Below, in pieces: positions 35,436 to 36,391 of a stretch of DNA of 36,391 bases (the first letter of the stretch is position 1; every line of letters begins with the position of its first letter). Made by a program: the position numbers and the translations under genes. Location: the sequence record NC_034620.1, one strand, 5' to 3'. The notes beneath the pieces are model-generated. The model ran no database searches and had not been told where the DNA came from. It was given only the letters and a program-made list of their open reading frames with translations.

Positions 35436-35565
35436 AATATGTTTAGTAACTTTCTAACTTTAAATTGAGGTTTTGGTTTGCTAGAATTAATAATTTAAAT
35501 AAATTATGAATATGTTTAGTAACTAAAAGTTTTAAATTGTGGGTTTGGTTTCCTACAAATTATAA
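35436..35565 (+). repeat. Imperfect tandem direct repeat, period 73 bp
   Basis: AATATGTTTAGTAACT...TTTAAATTG...GG.TTTGGTTT.CTA at 35436 and 35509. Confidence 0.75.
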
Positions 35566-35665
35566 ATTATAATATTATAGTTAGTAGTTATTAATATCCA
35601 CAAATTAACATTTATTACAAATTTCCAAAGTTTGAATTTGCAAATTTTATATTACAAATTTCACT

Positions 35666-35957
35666 AAATGACAGATTAATTGTAATTTAGGAATTTAGAA
35701 AATTAGTATTTTTTATCATAGTTGGAAAATTATTTGGAAATGTAGAATTATTTGGAATTTAGGAATTTCCAATTTTTTAACTTTTTTGCAGAAAATGATA
35801 GATTATTTCAAATTTAGGAAATTAGGAATTTACAATTTTTCTCATTTTTTGCACAATTTACGCAAAATGACAGATTAATTGGAATTTTGGAATTTTGAAT
35901 TTTTTGCACCGCTCCAATTAATATTTGGAGGTGTAGAATTAATTGGAATTTCCAATT
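35666..35957 (+). repeat. Subterminal degenerate repeats including the rudiviral AATTTAGGAATTTAGGAATTT-like motif
   Basis: AATTTAGGAAATTAGGAATTT at 35811-35831; related units start AAATGA(C/T)AGATTA (35666, 35793, 35865) or TGTAGAATTA (35741, 35932). Confidence 0.75.
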
Positions 35958-36391
35958 TATTGCGAAAGTTGGGAAATTTGCGAAAAAAACGAAAAAAACG
36001 AAAGAAATTGGAATTTTCAATTTTTTGCATTAGTTGTGAAATTTTCGCAGAAAATGAAAAAAACTACAAATACCTAGTTAATATTCTGCAATTGCAAAGG
36101 CTTAATTAGGGAACTGTAGTTTTTTTCATTTTCTGCGAAAATTTCACAACTAATGCAAAAAATTGAAAATTCCAATTTCTTTCGTTTTTTTCGTTTTTTT
36201 CGCAAATTTCCCAACTTTCGCAATAAATTGGAAATTCCAATTAATTCTACACCTCCAAATATTAATTGGAGCGGTGCAAAAAATTCAAAATTCCAAAATT
36301 CCAATTAATCTGTCATTTTGCGTAAATTGTGCAAAAAATGAGAAAAATTGTAAATTCCTAATTTCCTAAATTTGAAATAATCTATAATTTT
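35792..36391. other. Fold-back read through the covalently closed terminal hairpin or a concatemer junction
   Basis: Base i pairs with 72183-i; arms 35798-36068 and 36115-36385; central TGCAATTGCA at 36087-36096. Mirror-image ORFs in the track confirm the symmetry. Confidence 0.88.

Larger units (their letters stand above)
35009..36091 (-). repeat. Right inverted terminal repeat, complete to the hairpin apex (about 1083 bp)
   Basis: 35009-35493 mirrors 1-485; the remainder is non-coding repeat-rich sequence up to the fold-back centre. Confidence 0.85.

Noticed and set aside
35814-36369. Four ORFs in the terminal fold-back (68 and 76 aa, in mirror pairs)
   Set aside because: They arise from repeat sequence, are duplicated only by the palindrome, and two cross the hairpin apex.
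1-36391. CRISPR array, tRNA, rRNA, integrase or transposase
   Set aside because: No regularly spaced repeat-spacer series, no cloverleaf or rRNA-like GC-rich tract, and no recombinase or transposase motifs seen.

Overview
This window is an essentially complete linear dsDNA genome of an archaeal rod-shaped virus (Rudiviridae, SIRV-like, host Sulfolobales). It is very AT-rich. Gene content and capsid sequence fit a SIRV1/SIRV2 relative, and I suspect one of the North American SIRV4-11 group, which is recalled and not verified. Layout: (i) an inverted terminal repeat (1-485 = reverse complement of 35009-35493) whose left copy is truncated, while the right end reads through the terminal hairpin (fold-back centre 36091/36092); (ii) a conserved core with Cas4-like nuclease, AAA+ ATPase, ssDNA-binding protein, HUH Rep, pyramid protein PVAP, SvtR, major capsid protein, three glycosyltransferases, minor virion proteins, GNAT, Holliday junction resolvase, methyltransferase, APC transporter and a TGT-like protein; (iii) two accessory arms of mostly monocistronic, inward-pointing small genes with strong shared promoters, including a clear AcrIIIB1 homolog and an SIRV ORF55/gp01-type HTH. 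Best leads: an RNA-ligase-like nucleotidyltransferase inserted among virion genes; a promoter-bearing non-coding gap containing a single CRISPR-repeat-like unit (possible RNA anti-CRISPR) in the slot where SIRV1 has acrIII-1; a palindromic ATATACAT-N4/6-ATGTATAT site at a near-fixed distance upstream of late genes; a transporter plus TGT-like operon and a Mom-like GNAT (possible DNA modification); a tandemly duplicated promoter plus membrane-protein unit; and an imperfectly paired terminal hairpin. All family assignments come from motif reading and recalled sequences. No database search was run.
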